Assembly: GCF_006345805.1 (NCBI RefSeq)
Contig: NC_043000.1
Coordinates: 108,066,001 to 108,130,000 of the forward strand
Direction: 5' to 3'
From: Octopus sinensis
Lineage: Eukaryota
Length of the DNA: 64,000 nt
The translations under genes were made by a program, and so were the position numbers. This document shows, piece after piece, positions 51,846 through 64,000 of the stretch. The notes beneath the pieces are model-generated. The model had not been told where the DNA came from. It saw only the letters and a list, made by a program, of their open reading frames with translations, and made no database searches. Positions within the stretch are counted from its first letter, which is position 1. Every line of letters begins with the position of its first letter.

Positions 51846-52273
51846 CACACAATCATAAATACATAAATATATCTTAATTTATTTCACTGTATTCATAAAA
51901 AAAAGGAAAATATATACCATAATCCAATTTCGAGACAATGTCAATATCAATGTCGGGTGATATTAATTATACATATCTCTAGGTAGAATTTTTTTTCTTT
52001 GCATACTAACACAGATAATTTGTATTTATACAAATCTATATTGTCACTAGCGTTAGCCATATATTTTGATTGGCGACTGTTTATAACTGCATCTCGGTGC
52101 TTGTATGTATGTATGCATGTATGTATGCATGTATGTATGTATGCATGTATATATGTATGTGCATATATATATATATATATGTGTATGTATACATATATAT
52201 ATATATATATGCATGTGTATATATATGCTTGTATATATATACACATATATATACATGTTTTTGTGTATATATA

Positions 52274-52318
<45 letters not shown>

Positions 52319-52393
52319 ATACATATATATGTATATATATATGTATGCATGTATATATGTATTTATGTATATATATACATATATATATATATA

Positions 52394-52774
52394 CTAGCAG
52401 TATCGCCCGGCGTTGCTCAGGTTTGTAAGGGAAATAACTATAAAGCATTTTTAGAGAGTTATAGCCAAAAAATAGCAAAAAAATAGAAAAAAAATTATGG
52501 TAAATTTTTTTTGAGAGTAAAAAAGGTTGAGTTGCGTCCCCTAGACAGTCTGTGGTTTATTGTTTTTGATTCTCGACCCCATGTCGAATTTATCGATTTT
52601 TTCAGAACTGGGGGAACTTTTCAAAATTTTCGCTGCGTTAGTTTGAATTATGATATTGGGCTATGTGTGTGTCAAGTTTCATCAGAATCGGTTGAAAGCC
52701 GTGGTCAGAGTGAGGGTACAAGCAAACAGACACACAGAAACACGCACAGACAAACTTCCGTTTATATATAGAGA
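52394..52774 (-). mobile_element. non-autonomous Helitron
   Basis: Minus strand: A|TCTCTATATATAAA 5' end, subterminal GC-rich imperfect hairpin, ..GATACTGCTAG|T 3' end. Embedded in (TA)n. Confidence 0.8.
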
Positions 52775-52806
<32 letters not shown>

Positions 52807-54849
52807 ACATACATATATATGTATGTGTGTTTATATATACATGTGTGAAAGAGAGAGAAAGTGGGCTTCCGCGTGTGTGCTTGTGTATATATATGTGTGT
52901 ATGTGCGTGTGTGTGTGTACGTGCGTGTGTAGCTCTCCTTTATGTTTAACATTTGTTATTCCAGTGTCTCGCCTATTGTACATTCTCTATAATAAAGATA
53001 GATTAACAAGTTCTACTACTTTTCTTTGTAACTTTCCATGCTGTATATATGAATGTCTACACATTGGCATCCTCCTCGAAAGTATGCTTACCTTGTCATT
53101 GTTTCAAGCACAGTTAATATTAAAATCATGATTTGTTTCTATTATCCACACCCTGCTTTCTTAATACTTATATTCGTATATGTTTTGTCATGGGAGTAAT
53201 TTTCTCTTTGTGTTATAGCAATTTCGTTGGAACTATATTTCATCTTTGTAGCGAAGTATTATCTCCTAGTTCTCGACAATAACTTCCGGTTTACTTTTCT
53301 TTTCTCTTCTTGACACTACGAAGTAGCAGGTATGGATGTCTTGAAGCTAATTTCTCCACCTTTCAAAAATATAATGAAAAACATTAATGTTTATGTAAAT
53401 TATTAATGAAGTGTGGACTAAAACGGATCATGTGGAGACTTTCTTGGGAGAAACAAAGCAATGAATAGAAGTTAGCATAATGGATAACGTCAATGGTTTA
53501 AATCAAAGAGGGACACGAAACAAAACCAAAATGTTTAGAAATAATCAACTAAAAAGAAAATTCTAATCACTCTTGAAAACTGCTCGATGTCTAGCAATTT
53601 GGAGTAACGAAGAGGATTATAACTAGAGTGTTGACCAGTGGGGTTGTTGCAAATAAAGAAGACCATGATCAATTCTCAATAAAGTGAGGTCAAATCTATT
53701 TGTTCAAATGAGTAAAAAATCCTAAAGAAAGTAATATTTTAAGAGAAATTGAAATGATAATTTTTTTCTATTTTTTATCTCAGTCTGAACATCAGCGTCT
53801 CTTAATATATATTGATTACTGCTAAAGTAGAGATGAATTGTGTCCCTTAGAGAGAATGTTGAGAGGAAATGATCGGTTGCTGTTTTTTTTTTATATCAGC
53901 ATCAACGTAAAGTTACATTCCAAAAATACACACACTGTCTTGCTTTTCGCACACATACAACTATATTTTTCAGCCTCTGAGGCCGATTGTGCGGCGGTTT
54001 CCTCGTTGGCTCAATCAATCACACTACTTCCCGAGTTATTGAAAGCATGCCAGAAAAGATAAGGGACGACAGGTTATTTGATGTATATTGGTTAAATGAC
54101 ACATCAATAAATAAATAATCCTTTCTACTAAAGGTATAAGACCTGGTATTTGGGGGTAAGAGTTAGTCGTTTATCGACTACGAAAGGTAAAGGTGACATC
54201 GGTGGAATTTGAACGCTGAACATAAAACCGGAAGAAATACCTCTAACAATGTTCCCGGTGTACTAACGATCAGCACGTCGTCCCGACACGAGTAACTTTA
54301 AATACGAATTATGTACAAATGAGACGAGATGACCCTTATTGTTGGATTATAGAAAAATTGAACGCACCGAGTTCGAGTTATTAAGCATTCATGGTGGATT
54401 ACACAGACTTGTTGTGGTGAGTTGTGGCAACTAGCTTTAAAGCGTTTCGGGAAACATTAGGAATTAAATATGTGCTTTAAGGAAAAACTTAATTCTAATT
54501 CAGTTTCTTATTGATTACATGTAGCAAAAGTCATAATACCAAATGTTGTGAAGGTATCGATTTCTTTTATTATTTTATCCCGGTCTTGTTTCAATCATTT
54601 GGTTTCTGTCATGCTTGGACACCACCTTGAAATGTTTAGTCAATTAAATGACACTAGTAATGATTTTTGAGTCTTTTATATACATTCTACTGCTTCTCTA
54701 TTTTACCGAAGCACTTAGTTACGAGGAAACAGACTAACAGCGATTGTCAAGCACTGAAATATAAAATCACAAATACAAGGACTTACACGTACACAGGCAC
54801 ACTAACTCACACATGCACACATACACTCGCATATGTGCATTTATACATG

Positions 54850-54896
<47 letters not shown>

Positions 54897-55120
54897 ATTA
54901 GGGAATAAATCCAAACTTACAGGGAATAATTAGATTTAGGATTAAATCCAATTTTATAGTATAAATATATTATATTATATTATATTATATTATATTAAAT
55001 TAGAGATAAAACCACTATTATGCAAATCAAACAGTGAAAAACTTAAGCCAATACATAAAATTAATTTAAAAATATAAAAGTTAAAAATTAAAAAATTATA
55101 TAAATAATTTAAACTTTAAA

Positions 55121-55157
55121 GGCGCAGGAGTGGCTGTGTGGTAAGTAGCTTGCTAAC
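55121..55157 (+). mobile_element. SINE family A head (left half of interrupted copy)
   Basis: GGCGCAGGAGTGGCTGTGTGGTAAGTAGCTTGCTAAC; the SINE resumes at 57423. Confidence 0.9.
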
Positions 55158-57407
55158 GCACATGCGCAGTTAGTCAGTTGCTTCCTGCTCAGCCAGAGTG
55201 GACGCGAGTCAACCAGCTCCGTCCAATTAAAGAAAAAAGACCAAAAACGGAAAGTTGTCGAGGTAAGTGATTTTGTTTATTGTGAGTTGGGCATAATTTA
55301 TTGCGTTGCAATTATTATTTCAGTAAGTTGTGTCCAACTCTGAGACAATTTCGCCTGCTCTCGGCGGCTGCCGTTTTTGTGTTCATTGAAAAAAAAAAGA
55401 AAAAACAGTGGAGGGGCGTATCCTCGGAATTCAATACAGTTACTGTTAAAATTACCGTTGGCGGTAGCCAGTGCTGTGTTTGGGTTTGTTGAATTTATTC
55501 CCTTGTCAGTACTTCGCAAGAAAATTATAAAAATAAGCCACTATTGGATTACCTTTCGGACCCATTTTTGTGGAGGTTGTGTTGCAGTTGCGGCGTTCCA
55601 GGTTCAACCCAGGCCGGGAGTACCGCAAGGCCAGAATATTTTTTTGCTGTGTTTTTTCTGTTTATTAACTTTCTTTTGAACTTCATTTAACCCCCCCCCT
55701 TTGTTTTTTTCTTTATTGCGACTTTCCGTTGATTTCTTCCCTTCTGTTGTGCTTTCTCCTTTTTGTTTTTTCAAAAATCTATCAAATTTTATTTGGACTT
55801 TTGAACTTTTTTCTTCTTGCTTTTTGAGTTTAATTTGAATATATTTTAAAAAAACATGGCAATGAAAAATAACAAAATTTTGGAGTGGGAAATCATACCA
55901 CCTAAAAAGTGGCTAAAAGACCGTGAAGATAGGACGGTGGTGTTGAGAACCTACTCCAAGGCACTCGACACCATCGCCCTATTCGAAAAGACGGCAATTG
56001 AAAAGGAGTTGGAAGAGTATTTGCCAACAATTAAATTCATTTCCAGGGGTGTCAAATATGCAACGGTGTGGTTGCTATTTGACACCCCTGAAGAGGCTTG
56101 CAAATTTGCTAGCAAACCCCTGGAGGGTAAGGAAATCTTATTCCTGCCCACGTACAAAAAAAAGAAATTGATGAAAGCTTGGATCTGCGGCCTGCGCCCC
56201 GACATAGAACCCGAGTGGATAGAGGAGACTATCCGCCGGGGTCTGGGTGGCAGCGAAACTAAGCTCCTTAATGTAAAAGTTCTTCCTGCGGCTGCTTGGG
56301 TTGGGTCAAAAGCAATTTTGACCCTGTGGACCCAATCAGCCAATCTGGTTCTTCCAGATTTTTTGAAATTGGCCGGGTGCTGGTACCCGGTGATGCTTGA
56401 GGGTCGCCCCCCTAAGTGTCATCGGTGCTTGGAGTCCGGCCACATAAAGAAGAACTGTCCCCGGGAACAAAATAGGATCCGGAAGTGTTAAGTAAAACCC
56501 CTCTAGAAGAGGGAATGATAACGGCCGAGAAAGCAGTGGACTCCTCAAACAGAGGCCGAAAGAGGAAGGTGAGCAACAATGGGTGCTCACCAAAGGATAA
56601 TAGGGATGAGGAGAGGAAGGCGAATCTTCCAGCCACGGAGGAGACGCACCCTCCCTCAGTTGAAAAGGGAAAAAAAAGAAAAAGAGGAAAAAAAACGGGA
56701 CATTGCCGGCTGTCAGTGACATAGCACCGGAATGTCCAGGAACTACGTCGGTTGGGGTTGTGCCACCGACAAGAGAAGGAATACCGTTGGCGGGAACTGT
56801 GCCGCCAACGAAAGAACTGAACGTATTGGTCCTCTTCTATAAAGGAGGCGAAATTGAAAAGGTGATGGAAGAGCACCACAAGGGAGCACCTTTAGCCTTC
56901 ACACAGGACCCCAAATGGCCTCCGCAGGTAGCTGTGGAGGCCGTGGCGTTCGACGTGACGCTTGGGCTAAAGGAGCTCAATGATGATTATAACTTGGTCC
57001 CGGGCGACGCAAACTCGGAACTTGATTACGTTCTGAGGGAGGCGTGGTTGATGGTGGAGGGCGCGGGCACAAGCTATTTCGAGGATGATATGTAATTATT
57101 GAACTGTTATTATTAGTAATGGACTGCTAAGTCCAAAATTGAAAAATTGTAAGAGTTTAATACCTCGTTTTGTAATAATGGACTGCTAAGTCCAAAAATT
57201 GGAAAAATTGTAAGAGGTTTATACCTCGTTTTGTGTTTATCTTTAAAAAGAACAATGTTTTAGAGAAGCGAAAGTCGGCGGGCGCTTTTTGTCTTCTCCC
57301 ATCCTTATCATCTTTCTTTCATTATCATTCACTTCATTAATGTCCTCGTCCAGCCCGCAAAGCTAACTTAATCTGTATACTGCCTTTATGGCAAATGTTT
57401 TGAAATA
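55158..57407 (+). mobile_element. 2,250-bp ORF1-only non-LTR retroelement (HAL1/Tx1-L1-like, no RT/EN)
   Basis: Perfect 15-bp TSD AAGTAGCTTGCTAAC (55143-55157, 57408-57422). About 700 nt of 5' UTR, a single gag-like ORF, about 310 nt of 3' UTR ending at AATAAA. Confidence 0.88.
55856..57095 (+). CDS. gag-like/ORF1 nucleic-acid chaperone, about 413 aa if two -1 shifts are repaired (three overlapping ORF segments)
   Basis: ORFs 55856-56491, 56485-56724 and 56703-57095 overlap end to end. CX2CX4HX4C knuckle CHRCLESGHIKKNC, an N-terminal region typical of L1/Tx1 ORF1 (RRM-like by inference), a basic linker and a globular C-terminus. Confidence 0.8.
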
Positions 57408-57422
57408 AAGTAGCTTGCTAAC

Positions 57423-57795
57423 CAGCCACATGGTTCCGGGTTCAGTCCCACTGCGTGGCATCTTGGGCAAGTGTCTTCTGCTATAGCCCCGGGCCGACCA
57501 ATGCCTTGTGAGTGGATTTGGTAGACGGAAACTGAAACAAGCCTGTCTTATATATGTATATATATATATATATGTGTATGTGTGTGAGTGTTTGTGTGTG
57601 TTTGTCCCCCTAGCATTGCTTGACAACCGATGCTGGTGTGTTTACGTCCCCGTCACTTAGCGGTTCGGCAAAAGAGACCGATAGAATAAGTACTGGGCTT
57701 ACAAAGAATAAGTCCCGGGGTCGATTTGCTCGACTAAAGGCGGTGCTCCAGCATGGCCGCAATCAAATGACTGAAACAAGTAAAGAGTAAAAGAG
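57423..57795 (+). mobile_element. SINE family A (right half of interrupted copy, near consensus)
   Basis: CAGCCACATGGTTCCGGGTTCAGTCCCACTGCGTGGC..GGCGGTGCTCCAGCATGGCCGC..TGACTGAAACAAGTAAAGAG. Confidence 0.92.
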
Positions 57796-58399
57796 AGAGT
57801 TATAAATTTTAAATATATATATACAAATATATATGTATATATATATGTATGTATATTTTTATATTTATATATTATTTTACTTATTTATTTATTTATCTAT
57901 TTATTTTTATTTTTTTTATTAATTTTTTTATTAAATTTTTTTTATATATAACTATCAAAAGTATTAAAAGTTTAATAAAATATAAAGAGTAAAACACTTA
58001 TATATATACACATATATACATATATATATAATAAACATATATATATACATACATTCATATATTACATACATATATATACATAAACACTCATACATGCTAT
58101 ATACACACTCACACACATACACACACATATATATGTATTTATGATGGGCTTCAACACAGTTGCCGCGTACAATAGTATTTCACTAGGCATTAATCTGTCA
58201 GGAGTTCCTGGAATATAATATAAGACATTTGGTTGTAAAAGCACTAATTGCGAGGGAAGATTATTGCCCACACAGCTCCGTATGAAGCGAAAACTTCCAT
58301 AATGTCCGTGCGTTACTCTAGAGCTTAATTTATATGAAATATTGCAACAGGATTATTTGATACTGTCTGTTAGCATCTTCAGCAGATATATTTGTGTGC

Positions 58400-59400
58400 A
58401 GTTTTCTATTGAAAATGTCTCATATATATTAGAAAGAGAAGAAAACCGGTGAAGTGTGATGGAGTTCTGTTTTTCAGACAACAAAACATTACGATCAGTG
58501 AAGAGGCGTGAATGATATAAATACCTGGGTGCTTTGTAGAATAATGAGATAAAACAAGAAAAATAAAAGTAAAGTTTGAGAAAAATACATATCAGGATGT
58601 TTAGGAAGAACATCTTAGAAACAAAATTTATAGAAGACACACAGTTAAAAGAATCGGTATAGAGGCAGTATCGCCATTGTGTTATTCTGTATCATTCTTT
58701 CAGTGAACTAAAAACGGATTTGATGAAATGGATATACACTCTAGAAAAATGTTAACGAAGTACAATGAGCTAAATCCGCAAAGATAAGAAGACGATACTA
58801 CAAAACATTGTACATATTAGAAAATTTTTTTCCAGGAACATGTTAGGAAAAATTTCTAGTGAGGTATATATGTCCAGCCAGGAACACCAGTGTTGAAAAT
58901 AGATTTGGAAGTATTTTACGAACGAAAAAAAATAAAGAAAAAATATGGCAGTTGAAAGAATGATAATTTGGTAGCTTTCCAAGAAAAAGTTGTTCGTGTA
59001 TCTGGAGATGAACAATTAGTTTGGAGAAAGTGAAAGGCTACAGAGGTTAAATCAAAACCGTTATCAAAAGTCGTATTCAACAAGCTTGCACGATAAACTT
59101 GTCACGATAAACACATAACAAAAACCATCAAGATACCACGTTACTGGTATAAAGTACTGTTGATGATCTATCAATCGAATAGGTCGCAAACATAGAAAAT
59201 TGGGAAGGGAATACAGGCATACCTCGGCTTACGTCGTTTCGAGTTATATTTTGAGTTGTCTTTACATCGCTTCCTAAAGAAATCAGTGGCAAAATAACAC
59301 TCAACTTATACGACATTGCGCCTGTCTCAAGGAACATATTTAAAAGCATGAATAGTTTAAAAAGCACGTTAAAACCTCAATTGAAATGGAAAATCGTACA
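58400..59400 (+). mobile_element. heavily decayed R4/Dong-like non-LTR retrotransposon RT/thumb remnant
   Basis: YKYLG at 58516, then ..AVSPLCYSVSFFQ*TKNGFDEMDIHSRKMLTKYNELNP, matching the remembered R4/Dong pattern AxPVLxYSFGxxxW..LDxxTRKxLTxY..HP. Many stops and frameshifts. Confidence 0.55.
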
Positions 59401-59550
59401 AACCATTTACTAAAACAGATGTGAGGTAATATATTCTGTTTTTTTAACGGTTCTTTCATGTCAAGAAGTCGTTTTTCGAATGAAACCATATGCTTTGAAC
59501 AAATTATCGACGTAAGTTGAGGTATGTCTGTAAATATAATAATATAATAT

Positions 59551-59765
59551 GATCCTTTCTGTCACATGCACAAGGTATTGAAGTTTTAGGGGTGGGGTCT
59601 AGTCGATTACATCGATCCAAATGTTTCATTGGCACTAAGTTTATCGACCCGACAGGATGAAAGACAGAGTTGACCTCGGTAGAATTTGAACTCAGAACGT
59701 AGAGACAGACGAGATGTTGCTAAGCATTTCGCCCAGTGTGCTAGCTACTCTACTAGCTTGCCGCA
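59551..59765 (-). mobile_element. SINE family B
   Basis: Reverse complement of head GCGGCAAGCTAGTAGAGTAGCTAGCAC and of the TTTCATCCTGTCGGGTCGATAAACTTAG block. Confidence 0.8.
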
Positions 59766-60059
59766 TTAAAACAATATAAATCACGACAATCATCAGTTGG
59801 AAACTAGAAATAAAAAGGACTATTGTAAAATACTGGGTGGTATTTTAACACAACAACGCAAACCGAATTTGTGTGTGTGCGCGTGTGTGAAACATTTTCA
59901 ACATACGCCATAGACGTATGATATAATAGTTTACGAAGTATGGTTGATAGTTTTCATTGAAAGCGTATCAACTTCAGAGAGACCAGTAGAAATAATAACA
60001 GTACTTAGAAAGTATTGCTATTTTCTGAACACACACACAAATGCACTACTAACAAACAC

Positions 60060-60066
60060 ACATACA

Positions 60067-60150
<84 letters not shown>

Positions 60151-60173
60151 ATCTATCTATCTATCTATCTATC

Positions 60174-60248
<75 letters not shown>

Positions 60249-60330
60249 CAGTTATATGTATGCATATATATATATATATATAATATATATATATATATAT
60301 ACAGTTATATGTATGCATATATATATATCC
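60060..60330. repeat. (TCTA)n/(TA)n microsatellite
   Basis: Directly visible. Confidence 0.95.
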
Positions 60331-61460
60331 TTAAAATCCTTAAAAATAGTAATATCAGGGTAATAAATATTTTATAAATTTTTACTAGCGTATTGAAAAG
60401 TTAGTCAATAAACTATATATTATTCATATAAAATACAGTGTACATTTAAAAACATTAAGAGGTTTCTATCATAGGAATCCCTTACGCTAGAAAGAACACT
60501 TAAAGTCCAAATCACTAATTACGGATAAATTCTCGAAGGGAAGGAAAAATTATAACATTTACCATCTATATCTTGGACCATGGTTTCTGACATTTTAGCA
60601 AATAAAATAATTTGCTAGGCGAAGTCTTCGTCAACAGGTATGCCAAGATTAAGCATATAAACACGAGGCCAATCCTCTTATACATGTGCCTCTTACTTAT
60701 ACATTTTAAATTTTTCAAATCCACCGCGCAAGCGCAGTTTTGTTTTTGTCGGCAGCCAAAAGATGCCGGCAATTTGTAAACAACCACATATTTAGTCCAA
60801 ACAGCACCAACCGGGCAGCGAGTCTACAATATATTGTGTGTGTCAAATAATACAAGGACGTGGGGGCGGTTCCTAGGGGATATTGTGTTGGGGGTTTGTA
60901 TCAGGGTTTTTCGTTTTCAGATTGGGCGATGGAATTGTTTTTTTGCCGATAGGTGGGCGATATTGCAATTTAGCGTGAAAAGTTTAGGAAACACTGCGTT
61001 AAGCTGATGGTAAAATATTCGTTGCTAGCTCTGAATGAGAAATATTCAGGTGTCATTAAGTAAAAGCCAACAATTACTCTAGCATTGAAAAGCTATTATG
61101 CGAATTTATCTAAAACACAGGGATCTTCAATTACTAGAGTCATTTGACTTAAAAGCTATGAGATAAAATATGCAATGATCATTTGTGTTAATTGATGATA
61201 CGATGATGTGAACAAGTTTTCCCTACAATTATATCAATTGACCTAAGTTCCTTGACTTATATTCATCGATCTTCATTAATTTCTGGTTGGTTTAGAGGAA
61301 ATAGTAAATGCTAGTGTAAAAGCCGGAAGCAGAAATTGTTTCTTTCTGTAGTCTGAGATAAAATCTTGGTTTATTCCACATGAAATTAATAAAGAATACT
61401 ACCTGGTATATTAAACTGATCGCATGTCTCCTCTTTACATATTATATACACAATATACAT

Positions 61461-61557
<97 letters not shown>

Positions 61558-61567
61558 TATATGTATG

Positions 61568-61605
<38 letters not shown>

Positions 61606-61913
61606 CATACATATATACAGTAGAGGTCATAATATAAGGATCAGTAAGGACAAGTGTAGATAAATTATAACTTGAGACTAGATGTTTTACAAATATTTAG
61701 ATATATATAAATTATATCTTTGTTGAAAGTTTCAAGTGAATGGAATAAATATTTCGTAATTAAAGAAACAATCTTCCAAATTGCAGCCGCCAAAGGTTAA
61801 GGATCACGTAGAAAAAAATTAATTACTAACCCTGGTATTTAGTGTTTAGAACACTTAATAGGACAACAGTTACTTCTTATCATCTTACATTACTGAAACA
61901 TTCAGTTGTCAAC

Positions 61914-62681
61914 ATGGTGGTTTGTGAGTGACGACTGGTGTCCTGTGATGAAAAGCAAAGAATTGTGTGTTTTAACCAAGAGGGCATGTCAAATTCTTTG
62001 ATAACGGCTACTGTAAGACGGTCTAGAATTGCTGTGCAATGAATTGTAATTCTACGTCATCAGGATCGACAACCGATAGACCTCGTAAAACTTCACCAAG
62101 TCAGGATCATATGCTTAGAACATCACTGAAGGATAGGTTAAAGAGTGCTGTTGAGATATTCCGATTGCGGGATGTACGTCCGACGAGGAAGTGGTGAAAG
62201 ATTACCTCGTGCACGTGTGAGGAAAACAGTGAAATATGGAGAAGGTAGTGTAATGGTGTGGGGAATGATCTCTGCTGCTGGTCCTGGTCCACTTATTCGA
62301 CTAGAAGGGACTGTTATTGCTGAAATCTACAAGCATGCCTTTCCACATCTCCGTTCCTCGTCAGCTTAATCTCCTATTTTCGTGCAGGACAACGCTCCCT
62401 GTCACATTGCGAAGAGAGCTAAATATTTTTTGAGTGATGAAGGGGTTGATCGCATGAAATGGCCACCTCAAAGTTCCGATGTCAACCCTATAGAAAACGT
62501 TTGGAAGATTCTTGGAGATGGAGCGCGAAGGAGAAATCCGAAGAACCACGATAAACTCTGAGAATTACTGAAAAACGAATGGAACAATATTACTTCATCA
62601 TTTTACAAGAAATTAATTCAGTCCTGTGGTAACAGATGCCAGGAAGTCATTGATAGTAAAGGGACGTTAAGAAAATATTAA
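61914..62681 (+). mobile_element. Tc1 (DD34E) transposase remnant, internally deleted
   Basis: TVKYGEGSVMVWGMISAAGPG..FVQDNAPCH..WPPQSSDVNPIENVW. I counted 34 residues between D and E. Contains stops and lacks the first-D region; TIRs not confidently resolved. Confidence 0.9.
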
Positions 62682-62819
62682 TAGTAATGTTTTCTTTTTT
62701 GTTTGTGTTCCAATTTTCATTGTTTTTTCAAGGGACACTTAACATTTGGCATGATGAATGCAAGATGCTTTATATTGGAGCTTTGTAACATTTTTGCCTT
62801 GAGTTTGCTCTATTTTATT

Positions 62820-63799
62820 ACCAATCATATGTGGTTGCCAGCCTGGCTCTCCATATAGAAAGAACAATACATACATCATTGTGTCGAGGTCGGGGCTAAG
62901 AATGTTCAGATTGATAGCAGGGACTTCATTGTTTCTTGGGCAAGCCTTGAAATCTCTGTCGAATGGTGGCTAGCCGTCAGTATTGATGAAGACCATAGCT
63001 ATTTCATTAACTGTTAGTAAATTGTATTTCCGTCTATCAACAGTGCGATCCATCTTGAAGGCTAAATTTACGACAGACATAGCTTCTGTGTCTTGTTGGG
63101 CATGCTGCTCCTCATGCAATTAATGTCCTGTAAGATGCAGCATGGACATTGTTCTCTCTGATAACCTCACCCAATATGGCAACACCTCAGGTATACTTCT
63201 TTCATTTTCTGCATTCTAAGCCCGCATTTAAGTTGGACTTGAACGCCGTCAACAGCATACACTTGCGCAAATTGCTTCTGTTGGCCCTCAACAGGATGCC
63301 TGTTCGAAGTCCTATGATAAACTTGTCCGTGCACTCTGAAGCAAAATGGGCCTCGTCCTTGTGGTTCATCAATGTGAGCGCCCGTAGATGCGAATGACAG
63401 AGCAGACTTGTGTGGTCTTATGTTTTATTTGAAGTTAACATCATGTGGATGTTGAGGGTCTAACAACAGAGATCGAAAATATGGAGGAAATTCTCTTTTA
63501 ATTGGAGGCAGGACTTACCCTTTATGGCAGCAAATTACCCGTCTGATGGTCGCTCTGAAGAAAAATGTGTGGATCTACAAAATAGACACAATGTGTTCAT
63601 ATCACCACAGTTATAAACCGGAACAATATTTTCATTATATATATGATTATTTACTAAATTTACATGATTTCCAACTTTTCGCACTTCGCTCCGTTCGATT
63701 ATTTCTTCGTTCATCCGTTTCAGTATTAATTAATTCTTTCATTCTCCTCATTCGCCCTCAGCGCACATTTGCTTCTTCTTCAGTTTCATTCTCTAGTCT

Positions 63800-63834
<35 letters not shown>

Positions 63835-64000
63835 TCTCTCTATTTCCCTTTCACTCTCTCTCTCTCTCTTAGAACCTCTCTCCTCTCTGATGCTTGCTCT
63901 TCCGGTTCACCGTGGTGCGTTTGCGATGTTCTCCCTCTTTCGATTTCTCTCCTTTGTGCTGATTGCTCTTCCGTTTCATCTTGTCGCCTTTGCGATGCTC
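62820..64000 (-). mobile_element. Helitron RepHel N-terminal remnant (STPR-like repeats + pre-Rep region), extends beyond window
   Basis: DETEEQSAQRREIER / EPEEQASERREVLRERER / NETEEEANVR repeats at 63690-64000. Then DRRKYNLLTVNEIAMVFINTDG*PPFDRD..DLDTMMYVLFFLYGEPGW at about 62830-63060, matching Helitron DxRRYNxPTxxEVA..GEPP..YPLLFPxGExGW. Confidence 0.85.

Noticed and set aside
53974-54072. 99-nt GC-richer candidate plus-strand exon with good acceptor and CAG|GT
   Set aside because: All three frames contain a stop, and there is no supporting neighbouring exon.
60579-60996. Possible hAT MITE (right end TTAGGAAACACTG)
   Set aside because: The left TIR is poor and there is no TSD match.

Overview
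AT-rich, microsatellite-dense animal DNA. The SINE families and repeat landscape look cephalopod (Octopus-like; recognised from memory, not verified). No host protein-coding gene could be confidently identified, and most ORF-track entries are microsatellite artefacts. The main signal is a Penelope-like element (PLE) / hammerhead-ribozyme (HHR) cluster at about 8.8-18.3 kb. Seven essentially intact type I hammerheads from three sequence-unrelated families lie on the minus strand, each in an element embedded in (TA)n. They share one architecture: long stem II, tiny palindromic stem III and a GUA cleavage triplet. The cluster includes a 491-bp x3.6 tandem retrozyme-like array, a 414-bp family whose two copies show stem covariation, and a 5'-truncated PLE that retains the GIY-YIG endonuclease C-terminus. 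All three families show a terminal inverted segment. The second signal is a 2,250-bp ORF1-only retroelement (CCHC zinc knuckle, no RT) inserted with a perfect 15-bp TSD into the tRNA head of a SINE at 55.2-57.4 kb. A decayed paralogue lies at 35.5-37.3 kb and is followed by another HHR. The rest is SINEs, non-autonomous Helitrons, MITEs and decayed Tc1, mariner, R4/Dong-like and Helitron RepHel remnants.
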